From contig JAGVWE010000002.1 of assembly GCA_018304425.1 (NCBI GenBank), positions 96,001-160,000 on the forward strand: 64,000 nucleotides of DNA. The letters are read 5' to 3'. This DNA is from Candidatus Iainarchaeum sp. (GTDB taxonomy: Archaea > Iainarchaeota > Iainarchaeia > Iainarchaeales > UBA10219). The notes beneath the pieces were generated by a model. That model did not search any database and was not told the origin of the DNA. It saw only the letters and a program-made list of their open reading frames with translations. A program made the translations under genes and the position numbers. Of the stretch, positions 37,375 to 46,518 are shown one piece after another (the stretch's first letter is position 1; the number at the start of each line of letters is the position of its first letter).

Positions 37375-38351
37375 TGGGTGTGGGGATGCCGCCGGCGCGC
37401 CTTCTCCGCTTGAATGCGCTCGATTTCGGCATTATGTTGGCGTTGGAGGTTTTTGACGTCCTCCTCAAAGAAGTCGATGCCATGCAGCAAACTCGCCAAC
37501 GAATTGGCGGCGTTGCCGACCACCAGCAACTGCCCTCGTTCTTCCGGCGAAGCCTGGTTGGCGGCGACTCTTTCTTGCAGCCACTCTTTTTGCGCACGCA
37601 ATTGTTTGGCATACCGCTGGAACTCGCCCTTGAAGGCAAGCACTTCCTTCAGCAGGAAGTCCTCCAAGTAATGCAGCGTGCCATACAGGTGACGCACCGG
37701 GGGGGCTTCGGGGGCCATGGATTCCCCGCATGCGTCTGCAATGACCTTCACCAATCCGTCGAAAGCTTTTCTGCGCAACTCTTCCCTCCAGCCCTGCACC
37801 TTGCCTTCCAGGCGCCGCTGGAGGCCCGCAAACTGCTGGGGAGAGAGCACGCGGACACCCTTTCCCTGTTTCTTCCACTTGCCCGGCCTACGACGGCGCT
37901 TGTGCGCGGGAACCTGCAATTCCATCTCGGCCTCCCTGACCGCGCGGTCATACACCCGCCTGGCCCGGCGCGCCACCCATTCCTCGCCAGAGACCCCCAT
38001 CACGTGGAAATAGCGGAGCAGGGCGCGATTGATTCGCTTCCGTTCAGGCGCCGACAACAAAACCTCCGCGGGCTTCAACCGCGAGTTCAAAGCCACCAAC
38101 AACCAACGTGTGAGTCCGCGTTGCACGGACGGAAAACGCCAAGCATGGTGATAGAGTTCTTCCTGGGGCACGTCGCGCGCGCGATAGTTCTGGTGCACCC
38201 AGTTGATGGCGCGGCCCAGGTCCCGGCGGTCCAGAGTCCGGCCAACGGCGTCCACGTACTTGGGCCCCCAAAACCCGATGGGCGTTCCGCCCCGGTTCGG
38301 GTCCAGGTTGTGGCGGCGCCCGGAAAGCGGTCTGCCCGGAGTTTTCGCCAT
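37371..38351 (-). CDS. Orphan basic protein with C-terminal coiled coil
   Basis: Long ORF with own TATA-like box; Arg-rich; no recognised motif. Confidence 0.65.
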   Translation of the reverse strand: MAKTPGRPLSGRRHNLDPNRGGTPIGFWGPKYVDAVGRTLDRRDLGRAINWVHQNYRARDVPQEELYHHAWRFPSVQRGLTRWLLVALNSRLKPAEVLLSAPERKRINRALLRYFHVMGVSGEEWVARRARRVYDRAVREAEMELQVPAHKRRRRPGKWKKQGKGVRVLSPQQFAGLQRRLEGKVQGWREELRRKAFDGLVKVIADACGESMAPEAPPVRHLYGTLHYLEDFLLKEVLAFKGEFQRYAKQLRAQKEWLQERVAANQASPEERGQLLVVGNAANSLASLLHGIDFFEEDVKNLQRQHNAEIERIQAEKARRRHPHTH

Positions 38352-38396
38352 ACTGGCTATATATACCTTAAGCCCTATTTAAGAGTGACTCGGGGG

Positions 38397-39305
38397 CTAG
38401 CGCTCCTTGTAGAGCTTGATTATGCGCGCGTTGTTTTCCTTGGTGGGCTCCAGCCATTTGAGGACCCGGAACCCCTGCTTTTCGAACATGGCTCTGGTCA
38501 TGCCGGTTTCGCCGCCCATGGACAGGACGTGGTAGCTATAGCCTCCCTTTTGGGTCATGCGCGCGATGTTTTCGGCGACTTTATTGAGTCTAGCGGGGTC
38601 AGAGCCGAGGATTTCCTCGTTCAGGAAGTCCACGGAATACGTGGCCTCGCGGGCGCGAAGTTCCCGGCGCCGAAGGGGGCGCGCAAACAAATCCTCGGCT
38701 TTCACGCCGTGGATGACGTTCAAGCGCTCGCGCTTGGTGAGTTCCTCTGGTTCCTTCTGAAGCTCGACGCCGCCGATTTTCTTCGCGCTGATGAAGCGCC
38801 GGCGCTTGTAGGCGGCGCGGAACCCTGGGTCGTGCTTGAGGATGTGCAGAATCGTCCCATAGCCCACGCCGAAACCGAAGACGCCCAGGTTGCTGCGGCC
38901 CTTGAAGTCACCCACCATTTCCCGGAAAATCGCTGACGCGTGTGCATACCCGCTCACGGTCGTGGTCATGACATGTCGCGCGCGTCCCAGGAAGTCCTTG
39001 TACTTTATGTGGTGCTGGGGGTCCCGCATGATGGCAGCCCATTGCTCTGGCGACAGCGAGTAAAGGTGCTGCCGCATGCCCTCAATCCGGCTCTTGTCCC
39101 ACCGCACCCTCTGCTGGACTTCCTCGATGTAGGAATCGATGGCAGCCCGAAGGGCTGCGGCGTAGTAGAGCCTGGTCTTCGCGCGGCGGGGCTGTCGAAT
39201 GGCGGTCCGATGCTCGGTAAACCCGGGTTTGCCTGCAGCGGTCGGCCCGGTAGCTGGTCTGGAAAGTCGTCCAAACTTGACGTCACGCAGGAACCTTCGA
39301 GTCAA
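38397..39305 (-). CDS. Hypothetical protein with class I SAM-methyltransferase-like C-terminal domain
   Basis: VFGFGVGYG (motif I-like), GGVE (motif II-like), KGG post-motif; Arg-rich N-terminus; TTG start uncertain. Confidence 0.55.
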   Translation of the reverse strand: MTRRFLRDVKFGRLSRPATGPTAAGKPGFTEHRTAIRQPRRAKTRLYYAAALRAAIDSYIEEVQQRVRWDKSRIEGMRQHLYSLSPEQWAAIMRDPQHHIKYKDFLGRARHVMTTTVSGYAHASAIFREMVGDFKGRSNLGVFGFGVGYGTILHILKHDPGFRAAYKRRRFISAKKIGGVELQKEPEELTKRERLNVIHGVKAEDLFARPLRRRELRAREATYSVDFLNEEILGSDPARLNKVAENIARMTQKGGYSYHVLSMGGETGMTRAMFEKQGFRVLKWLEPTKENNARIIKLYKER

Positions 39306-39340
39306 TCAAACCACTGCAAACATTGGCTTCGGCCGGATAT

Positions 39341-39961
39341 TTAAGGGTTCGCTTCAGGCCGGATGGGCGGCTGGCGGGCCGCCTCCAAGTGGAATCCGAA
39401 AAACTGGAGGCGCGTGACGATGTTGTTCAGGGACTCGGTGGCGTTCGCAACCTGCATCAAGAGCACGCGCTGCGTGGGAGGCAGAGTGGAAGCAGCGGCA
39501 CGTGCGTCGAGTACGGCCTGGGCGCGCCCATATTTTTCCGCCAAAAGGCCGGCTTCGGCGACGAATCCGGCCACCGCAGGGGTTAGGGTTTCAAGGAAAG
39601 CCAGGGCAGCCTGGCGGTCGCGGCCAAAGTGGGGGGCGAGGCCTTCCACCAGGCGCTCGAAGGCATTGGCCGGCGGTTCGGGGGCGGTGAGGGAAGCAAA
39701 ATAGATTTTGAGGGGTTTCGCGAATCGAGTCCCCCGCCTCGCCAACCGCTCATCGGCCGCGCCCAAACGCGTGAACAGCCCGCCCACGATTCGCCGCGTC
39801 AAGGGGTTCCGAATGTGGGGGGCCATCCAGGCCACTTTGTGCGGCGCCGCCGGGTTGCTGGCCAAGACTATAGGATGAGCCAATGCCCTGGTGGTGGCGC
39901 TGGGAGTGAACACCCGCCGGACTGTGCGCAGGTAATCAAATGGCCGTTCATGTGGACGCAT
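39341..39961 (-). CDS. Orphan basic protein
   Basis: ATG 5 nt after the pyrH stop; Arg-rich N-terminus. Confidence 0.55.
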   Translation of the reverse strand: MRPHERPFDYLRTVRRVFTPSATTRALAHPIVLASNPAAPHKVAWMAPHIRNPLTRRIVGGLFTRLGAADERLARRGTRFAKPLKIYFASLTAPEPPANAFERLVEGLAPHFGRDRQAALAFLETLTPAVAGFVAEAGLLAEKYGRAQAVLDARAAASTLPPTQRVLLMQVANATESLNNIVTRLQFFGFHLEAARQPPIRPEANP

Positions 39962-39966
39962 AAGGA

Positions 39967-40773
39967 TTAGTAGTCGACGTCTTCGAGGTCGTCGGCGGTT
40001 TCTTCGGCCGGGGCCTTGGAGGCTTCGGCGCCCTCGTCCTGGATGGTGGTACCGGTGAAGGCGTTGCCGCGCAGGCAGGCTTCGAGGTTGGCTAGGTCGT
40101 CGGCGGCAAGCACCAAGCCCCGGATTTTCGAGCGCTTGAGGATGGCGCAAGTGAAAGAGTCGAGCACAACGTGGGAGCCGGGTTCCCGGGAATCCGAGCG
40201 CGCCATGAGCCGCCAGAGCTTTTCGTAGGAGAGTTTGTCGTAGCGGGCGGCCTTCCGGTTGCGCTTGGGATCCGTGCTGTAGATGCCGTCGACGTTCGTC
40301 AGGTTGACGAAGGCCGCACCCAGGAATTCCGAGAGGAGCGCGGCCACGGTGTCGGTCGTGAAGCCCGGAACCAGGCCGCCGAAGACCGGAATCCTGCCTG
40401 AGTCGATGACCGCGCGCGCGTTCACGATGTCGGTCTGGACTTCGGGGTAAGCGCCTTCCAGGGCCTGGATGAGCAGCAAGGCATTGGCGCGCGTGACGCG
40501 GATGGCGACCAGGTCGGTGATGAAGTTGTTGGCTCCCAGGGTCTTGGCCGCGGCAATGTACTCGCGCGCGGTTTTTCCGCCGCCCACGACGACCGCGAAC
40601 TTGCAGCCCTCCTTGTGGAGCGTGGAGAGGAGGGAGGCGAGCTTGGCCATGAGGGTCGTGTTGGGCTTGTCGCCGATGACGGCCGAGCCGCCGATGGAGA
40701 CGACGAAGGTCTTGGTGGAATCGGGGGCGTTGCCGGAAGGGGTTTGCGCGGCGTTTTCGAACAAGTCAAACAT
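39967..40773 (-). CDS. pyrH: UMP kinase
   Basis: SIGGS, VVGGG..AR, PGFTTD.VA, TNVDGIY..DP. Confidence 0.93.
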   Translation of the reverse strand: MFDLFENAAQTPSGNAPDSTKTFVVSIGGSAVIGDKPNTTLMAKLASLLSTLHKEGCKFAVVVGGGKTAREYIAAAKTLGANNFITDLVAIRVTRANALLLIQALEGAYPEVQTDIVNARAVIDSGRIPVFGGLVPGFTTDTVAALLSEFLGAAFVNLTNVDGIYSTDPKRNRKAARYDKLSYEKLWRLMARSDSREPGSHVVLDSFTCAILKRSKIRGLVLAADDLANLEACLRGNAFTGTTIQDEGAEASKAPAEETADDLEDVDY

Positions 40774-40854
40774 GGGTTTGGCTCCTGCAATAGATTAACC
40801 TATAATGGTATATAAGGCTTTTCTATTCCGTTTAATGCGGGCAAAGGCGGTTTC

Positions 40855-42531
40855 ATGAAAGGGCATGCATTGGAGGAAGTCGCGGAGTCGGAGCTGGCGG
40901 TGTTCAAGAAGAAGCTCAAGCTCTTGGCGGGTTTCAAGGGCCACGGCACCGAGTTGATCAGCCAATACATTCCCGCCAACGCGGACCGGAGCACGGTCAT
41001 GGGCGTGCTGACCGAAGAGGTGTCGCAGTCCGGCAACATCAAGAGCCCGCAGACGCGGAAGGCCGTACAGGGCGCCTTGCGGAAGATAACCAATTTCTTG
41101 AAACAAATCGACTTCGACATCCCGCCAAAGGGAATCGTGGTGTTCGCGGGCAACGTGTCGGAAAGCGAAGGAAGAACCGACATCCGGTTGTTCACGGTGC
41201 GGCCGCCCAAGCCCTTGAAGACCAAGCTGTACTGGTGCGACTCCGAGTTCCACCTCGCGCCGCTGAAGGAGATGCTGGCGCCCAGTGAAGTGTATGGCCT
41301 GTTGACGATTGACAAGAACGAGGCCACCATTGCGGTGTTGTCGGGCAAGAAGTACGAAATCATCGGGAAGTTCACGTCGGGAGTTCCTGGCAAGTTTCGT
41401 GCTGGGGGGCAATGCCTGGTGCCGGATTCCCTGGTGCAGACGGCAACCGGCGAAATCATCCCAGTGGGGGACGTGCACAACCCGCTCAATCTGCAAGCAG
41501 CGGACTTGGAAGCCTTAGACGTGACCTCGACGGCAGTCCTCAAAAAGTGGACCGTGACGAAAAAAGAGGCCGTGAAAATAATGACTGAACCGCCGAGAAC
41601 CGAACTCACCTGCTCCCTTGACCATCTAGTGTTTGCCTATCAGGAAGGCACAACAAAAGCAATCCCTGCCGAAGACGTGAATGTCGGAACCGTGCTGTTA
41701 TATGCAGACTTCGGGAAAACGCCGGGACGAAAGATTAGGCTGGTGAAAGTGAAATCTGTTGAAAGGCTGCGGGGCCGGTTCGAAATGGTCGACCTTTCCA
41801 CTGCGCAGCAGAATTTCCTCGCGAACGGCTTGGTCGTTCACAACTCTTCCCACCGGTTCGAGCAGTTGCGTGCGGAGGCCGCGAAGGAGTTTTACAAGCG
41901 CATCAGCGACAAGATAAACACCGCGTTCACGGCGTACGCGGACAAGCTGAAGGGCATCATCATTGGGGGCCCGGGGGTCAGCAAGCAGTATTTCTTGAAC
42001 GTGGACATGATCGACCACCGGCTGAAACCGAAAATCCTGGGCATGCTGGACATCAGTTACACGGATGAGTCCGGCATCCGGGAACTGATTCAGCGCAGCG
42101 AGGAACTGCTGCGGGAAACCGATTTGATGAAGGAGCGCGGGTTGTTGAACAAGTTCTTGGAAGAAGTGGCGAGGGGCCGGCTGGCCACCTACGGGCAACG
42201 GGAAGTGGAGGCCGCGTTGGCGGCCGGCAAGGCGGGTACGCTGATTGTGTCCGAGGCCCTGGAGTGGGAAGTGCACAAGTACGTGTGCGAGGGCTGCAAG
42301 GCCGAGCAAATGGTGTTCATCAAGGAGCCGTTGAATTACAAGGCAACGGCGCAGCCGTGCGGCAAGTGCGGCCGGGAAATGGAGTTGCTGGAGGAAATCG
42401 ATTACATCGACTATCTTTTGGAGAAAGCCCAGAAGACGGGCGCGGAAGTGCGCGTGGTTTCGACGGACACCCCGGAAGGCGAGCAGTTCTTCAAGGGGTT
42501 TGGCGGCATAGCGGCCATGCTAAGGTATTAG
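40855..42531 (+). CDS. prf1: Peptide chain release factor aRF1 containing a mini-intein
   Basis: GTELIS, NIKS, Y.CD..F, GGQ, then after the intein S.RFE; C-terminal FGGIAAMLRY. Confidence 0.96.
   Translation: MKGHALEEVAESELAVFKKKLKLLAGFKGHGTELISQYIPANADRSTVMGVLTEEVSQSGNIKSPQTRKAVQGALRKITNFLKQIDFDIPPKGIVVFAGNVSESEGRTDIRLFTVRPPKPLKTKLYWCDSEFHLAPLKEMLAPSEVYGLLTIDKNEATIAVLSGKKYEIIGKFTSGVPGKFRAGGQCLVPDSLVQTATGEIIPVGDVHNPLNLQAADLEALDVTSTAVLKKWTVTKKEAVKIMTEPPRTELTCSLDHLVFAYQEGTTKAIPAEDVNVGTVLLYADFGKTPGRKIRLVKVKSVERLRGRFEMVDLSTAQQNFLANGLVVHNSSHRFEQLRAEAAKEFYKRISDKINTAFTAYADKLKGIIIGGPGVSKQYFLNVDMIDHRLKPKILGMLDISYTDESGIRELIQRSEELLRETDLMKERGLLNKFLEEVARGRLATYGQREVEAALAAGKAGTLIVSEALEWEVHKYVCEGCKAEQMVFIKEPLNYKATAQPCGKCGREMELLEEIDYIDYLLEKAQKTGAEVRVVSTDTPEGEQFFKGFGGIAAMLRY
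41413..41844 (+). mobile_element. Mini-intein (144 aa, no homing endonuclease) in aRF1
   Basis: Block A CLVPDSLV, block B TCSLDH, block F MVDLST..NFLANG, block G VVHN followed by +1 Ser. Confidence 0.93.
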
Positions 42532-42540
42532 GGCGGGCAC

Positions 42541-43809
42541 ATGGAACACGTTTTCGTAACGGATTCGAGGGGCATCGGCGGCCGCATCAAGCGCAGGATC
42601 GCGGACTTCCAGGTGCAGGAAGTCTCGAAGGACGGGACCCTGCGGGAAATCCGGGTGTTCACGGACACGGAGAAGCGGGAGCTGCCCAAGGAATGGCCTT
42701 CCGCCGAGCGCCCGGCTGGCAGGGAACAGTTGCACCTCACGCTCGAGAAATTCAACTTGGACACGAATTTCGCCATCCAGTTGATTGCGCGCATGCAGGG
42801 CACCAGCCGGAAGCGGATTGGCTTTGCGGGGATGAAGGACAAGCGGGGAATCACGTGCCAGCGGATTTCCATCTGGCAGCCGGACCTCGAGCGGTTGAAG
42901 AACTGGAAGTCAAGGTACCTGGATTTGCGCGAAGCGGAGTGGCGCGAGGAACGCATCGAGTTAGGCGATTTATGGGGAAACGACTTCAACATAACCATCC
43001 GGGATTTGGAGGGCACGGGCACGGAAGAGGAGCTGCGCCACGCGATTGAGACCTGTTTTGCCCAGATGCGGGGCGGCATCCCGAACTTCTTCGGGGAGCA
43101 GCGGTTCGGGGGCCTGCGGCAGACCAGCCACCGGGTGGGCAGGGAGTTCGTGAAGGGCAGCATCGAGAACGGGGTCATGCTTTATCTCACGGCCACGGCG
43201 CCCGGGGAAGAAGAGGACGTGGCATTGGCTCGGAAGAACCTGGCGGAGACCCGGGACTTTTCGAGGGCCTCCAACGAGTTTCCCGTCAAGTACCGGTATG
43301 AGCGTGCCATCATCCACCACTTGTGCAAGTATCCCCGGGACTTCGTGGGCGCGTTCAAGAAGTTGCCGAAGGCGTTGACCTATATGTTCACGCACGCGTA
43401 CCAGAGCCATTTGTTCAATGAGGTGCTCAAGCGGCGGCTGGCGGAAGGCATCGGGTTGCAGCCGGTGGAGGGAGACGTCTTGGAGGACGGCATCGTGGCC
43501 GCGCCGTTGTTCGGGTTCGAGTCGAAGCTCGCGGAGGGAAAACCCGGGGAAATCGAGCGCAGGGTGCTGGAAGCCGAGGGCGTGCAGCTCGCGGACTTCA
43601 AGGTGAAGGCTTATGCCGAGCTCAGCACCAAGGGCGCGCGCAAGAAGGCTTTGCTGGTGCCCGAAGACCTGCGCTTGCTGGAAATCGCGGAAGACGATTA
43701 TTATCCGGGCAAGCGCAAGGCGCGCATCGGGTTCAGGTTGACGAAGGGCAACTATGCGACGACCGTGCTGATGGAGCTCATGAAAGCAGAAGGCAATACG
43801 AATGACTGA
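42541..43809 (+). CDS. truD: tRNA pseudouridine(13) synthase
   Basis: DFQVQE, AGMKDKRGITCQ, GNDF.I.IR, PNFFGEQRFG, F.L.KG.YAT. Confidence 0.96.
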   Translation: MEHVFVTDSRGIGGRIKRRIADFQVQEVSKDGTLREIRVFTDTEKRELPKEWPSAERPAGREQLHLTLEKFNLDTNFAIQLIARMQGTSRKRIGFAGMKDKRGITCQRISIWQPDLERLKNWKSRYLDLREAEWREERIELGDLWGNDFNITIRDLEGTGTEEELRHAIETCFAQMRGGIPNFFGEQRFGGLRQTSHRVGREFVKGSIENGVMLYLTATAPGEEEDVALARKNLAETRDFSRASNEFPVKYRYERAIIHHLCKYPRDFVGAFKKLPKALTYMFTHAYQSHLFNEVLKRRLAEGIGLQPVEGDVLEDGIVAAPLFGFESKLAEGKPGEIERRVLEAEGVQLADFKVKAYAELSTKGARKKALLVPEDLRLLEIAEDDYYPGKRKARIGFRLTKGNYATTVLMELMKAEGNTND

Positions 43810-44767
43810 CGAGGGCATTTTTTTCTTTGGGGTTTACGTCGCTTTCTTCGTGGCCGGCTTTGCCTCGGTGCATGGGGTGGCACGGTGGCTGAAGGCCAAG
43901 GGCATTGTGGGGCGGGACATCAACAAGCCGGGGGAGCCGTTGTTGCCGGAGAGCGCGGGCATTGCCTTGCTGGTTCCCCTGTGGTTGTTCGTCGGGGGCT
44001 ATAACCTCTGGGTGGCACAGGCCTTGGACTTGATTGCCTTGGCTTGCCTGGCCACCGGGTATGCTTTGGTGGGGTTCCTGGATGACACGCGGAACAAGTT
44101 CGCTGGGAAGCCCATGGGTTGGGGGGAGCGGGCGCTGCCGATTGCCGTGCTGACCCTTGTGTTTGCCTGGAATTACGCGGAAAGCGTGTACGTGTTTCCC
44201 TTCGTGGCCTTGTTCGTGGGCGTCATCGCTTCGCTGCACAACACCTTTGCGGGCTTGAATGGATGGGAAGTGGGAACGTCTTGGCTGATGGGGTTGGCGG
44301 CGGCGTGGCTGCTGCTGGGAACTCCCTTGTTCTTGCCTGCCCTGGCCTTCAATGCCTTGGTGTTGGGCTTGCTGGCGTGGAACGTGTTTCCGGCCCGGGT
44401 GTTTCCGGGGGACAGTGGAACCCTGTTGTTGGGGGCCTTGAATGCGGGGCTGGTGGCGTTGACGGCGGATGTCCGGTTGATGGGCTTCTATGCCTTGTTG
44501 TTCGCGCCGCACTTCCTGGACCTGGTGGGGTTGAAGTGGGTGACGAATGCCGGGGACATGACGCAGAACATTCAGCATCCGTATGCCTTGGATGCCGAAG
44601 CGCGGATTTGCCTGCCAATGCATGGGGGCGGGCGGAGGAAACTGGATTTCGCGAAGGCCCTGGTTTGCTTGGTGGGGCCGCTGGGGGAGGACCGGCTGGT
44701 GTGGTTGATCTGGTCAGTGGTCGCGGGCTGGCTGGTAGTCGCTTTTCTCTTTTTCAAGCCGCTTTGA
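43802..44767 (+). CDS. MraY/GPT (AglH-like) polyprenyl-phosphate sugar-1-phosphate transferase
   Basis: GRDINK..PESAG, FLDD, N.FAGLNG.E, N.FPARVFPGDSG. Confidence 0.85.
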   Translation: MTDEGIFFFGVYVAFFVAGFASVHGVARWLKAKGIVGRDINKPGEPLLPESAGIALLVPLWLFVGGYNLWVAQALDLIALACLATGYALVGFLDDTRNKFAGKPMGWGERALPIAVLTLVFAWNYAESVYVFPFVALFVGVIASLHNTFAGLNGWEVGTSWLMGLAAAWLLLGTPLFLPALAFNALVLGLLAWNVFPARVFPGDSGTLLLGALNAGLVALTADVRLMGFYALLFAPHFLDLVGLKWVTNAGDMTQNIQHPYALDAEARICLPMHGGGRRKLDFAKALVCLVGPLGEDRLVWLIWSVVAGWLVVAFLFFKPL

Positions 44768-45727
44768 GCTGGCCAGCCAGACCAGGACGCTTAACAGCGT
44801 GGGAATGACCAGTCTTACCAGGTCGTAGACGGCGAGCAGGGCAATGATTTGCGCGGCTGAGAGCGTGATGCCCGCGATGAGTTCGGGGAAGGCCAGGAAG
44901 TGCCAGGCCATTATTTCCACGAGGCCGATGCCGCGGGGAAGCAGGGGAGCGCGTTCGAGCACGGAAATCATGACCATGAGGAGCAGCAGGGAGTGGAAGC
45001 TGAGGACGATGCCGAGGGAGAAGAAACTGTATTGGAGGGCGAAGAACTCGAAGGCCCAGGAGAGCGCGGAGAGAAAGAGGAGGAGGAAGAATTCTTCTTT
45101 GGTCAGCCGGTCAATGGAGGCCGAGTAGCGGGCGAAGAAGTGGTGGACGCGGGAGAAAAAGGGGAGCGGCTTTGAAAGCCGTTCCAGGGAGTTCAAGAGG
45201 CCGGCGGAGGCTTTTTTTTCGAAGGGGAAAAGGAAGAGGATGGAGACCAGCAGCACCACGATGAACCCGGAGAGGAAGCCGAAGAAAAACACGGGGTCTG
45301 TTTTCGTGTTCAAGAAGAAGAGGAGGGCCATGGAGGCCACGATGGAGAGGATGAGGAACTTGGTGCCCTTGGCGACCAGGGACGCCGCAATCGAGTCCGA
45401 GTAGGGCACGCCGAAGAATTCCTTTAAACGGAGGCTGCGCAGGGCCTCGGAACCCACTTGCACGGGGGTGAGGGCGCCGTAGAGGGCGGTCAAGCCCACG
45501 ACCACGAGCCTGGAATACGGCAGGGCCTTGCGCTTTTTTATCAGGTAAGCCCATGAAATAAGCCACAGTATTACGGAGAATACGTAAAAAATGATGGCCA
45601 GGACGAAGAAATTCGGGTTCAAATCGAGGAGCACGGTGGGTGCATAGGTCAGCCCTAGGCCCATGGCGGTGATTAAGGCAAAGACAAGGAAGAGGCTTAG
45701 AATCGAGGTTTTAAGGAAGTGGTGCAA
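44714..45727 (-). CDS. UPF0104/lysylphosphatidylglycerol-synthase TM-like (flippase-like) membrane protein
   Basis: Multi-TM; LTPVQVGSEALR and PRGIGLVE motifs. Confidence 0.75.
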   Translation of the reverse strand: MHHFLKTSILSLFLVFALITAMGLGLTYAPTVLLDLNPNFFVLAIIFYVFSVILWLISWAYLIKKRKALPYSRLVVVGLTALYGALTPVQVGSEALRSLRLKEFFGVPYSDSIAASLVAKGTKFLILSIVASMALLFFLNTKTDPVFFFGFLSGFIVVLLVSILFLFPFEKKASAGLLNSLERLSKPLPFFSRVHHFFARYSASIDRLTKEEFFLLLFLSALSWAFEFFALQYSFFSLGIVLSFHSLLLLMVMISVLERAPLLPRGIGLVEIMAWHFLAFPELIAGITLSAAQIIALLAVYDLVRLVIPTLLSVLVWLASSKRLEKEKSDYQPARDH

Positions 45728-45739
45728 GTCAAGCCCTGC

Positions 45740-46354
45740 TCAGTTTTTGAGTTGCTTCAGGAGGTCGTTGGACTTGGCAATGACTTCACCGGTGTTGGGG
45801 AACATGAACTCCAACAACACCCGGGAGACCGGGGAAACGTCGTTGACTGACTTGGGTTTCACCGTGACCGCATTGCTTTCGACGACGACTTCCGGCTTCA
45901 ACAAGCCCGCGTCCGGCAACTCGATGAAGAGGTGCACGGCTTGGGAGGACGCAAGCAGGGCCCCGCATTCGGTGGCCGAAACCTCCTGGTTGTCCTGGGT
46001 CTTTGAATCGACTTGGCACTTTACGAGCTGCTTGCCCTTGTCGTAGACGCGGAAAACGGACTCGGTTTGCTTGCCGTTCGCGGCAAGAACCGTGCGGAAC
46101 AGAATCCAGGCCGGGCCCACGTAGCTGTTCACCGTGCTTCCCTCGTAAAAGGAGGGCACCAGCAGGAACGAGTCCGCGGCCGCGAGCGCGGAAAGCTGGT
46201 TGCCGGGGGGAAGGCTTTTGGCCTTGAACAAGACGCCTTTCTGGTCGGCCTTGAACTTGTAGGGATCCAGGGAGTCGAGGACGATGACGCTGGCGCTCAC
46301 CAGCAGCACGGCCAAGGCCAGAACCGTTAGGTAGAAGACCTGCTTTTTCTGCAT
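45740..46354 (-). CDS. Exported or membrane-anchored hypothetical protein
   Basis: MQKKQ followed by a hydrophobic helix; one Cys pair; downstream of the S-layer terminator. Confidence 0.7.
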   Translation of the reverse strand: MQKKQVFYLTVLALAVLLVSASVIVLDSLDPYKFKADQKGVLFKAKSLPPGNQLSALAAADSFLLVPSFYEGSTVNSYVGPAWILFRTVLAANGKQTESVFRVYDKGKQLVKCQVDSKTQDNQEVSATECGALLASSQAVHLFIELPDAGLLKPEVVVESNAVTVKPKSVNDVSPVSRVLLEFMFPNTGEVIAKSNDLLKQLKN

Positions 46355-46445
46355 GGAAAAACCGTGAAGGAATGGGGTTGGAAAAGGCTTAAAAGCCTCT
46401 GCTTGGCCGGAAGCCTGGGCAGTGGCCGAACGGCTGGGTTGCGAC

Positions 46446-46500
46446 AAAAAAAAGAAAAAAAGAAAAGGGGAAAGCCAGGTTTTTGCCTGGCCTTTCGGCC
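46446..46500 (-). terminator. Terminator of the S-layer gene
   Basis: GC hairpins followed by long T-tracts on the minus strand right after the stop codon. Confidence 0.75.
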
Positions 46501-46518
46501 CTTGTTCTACTGCTGCGT

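Noticed and set aside
46446-46470. A-rich tract as a microsatellite or assembly artefact
   Set aside because: Explained as the T-rich terminator of the minus-strand S-layer gene.
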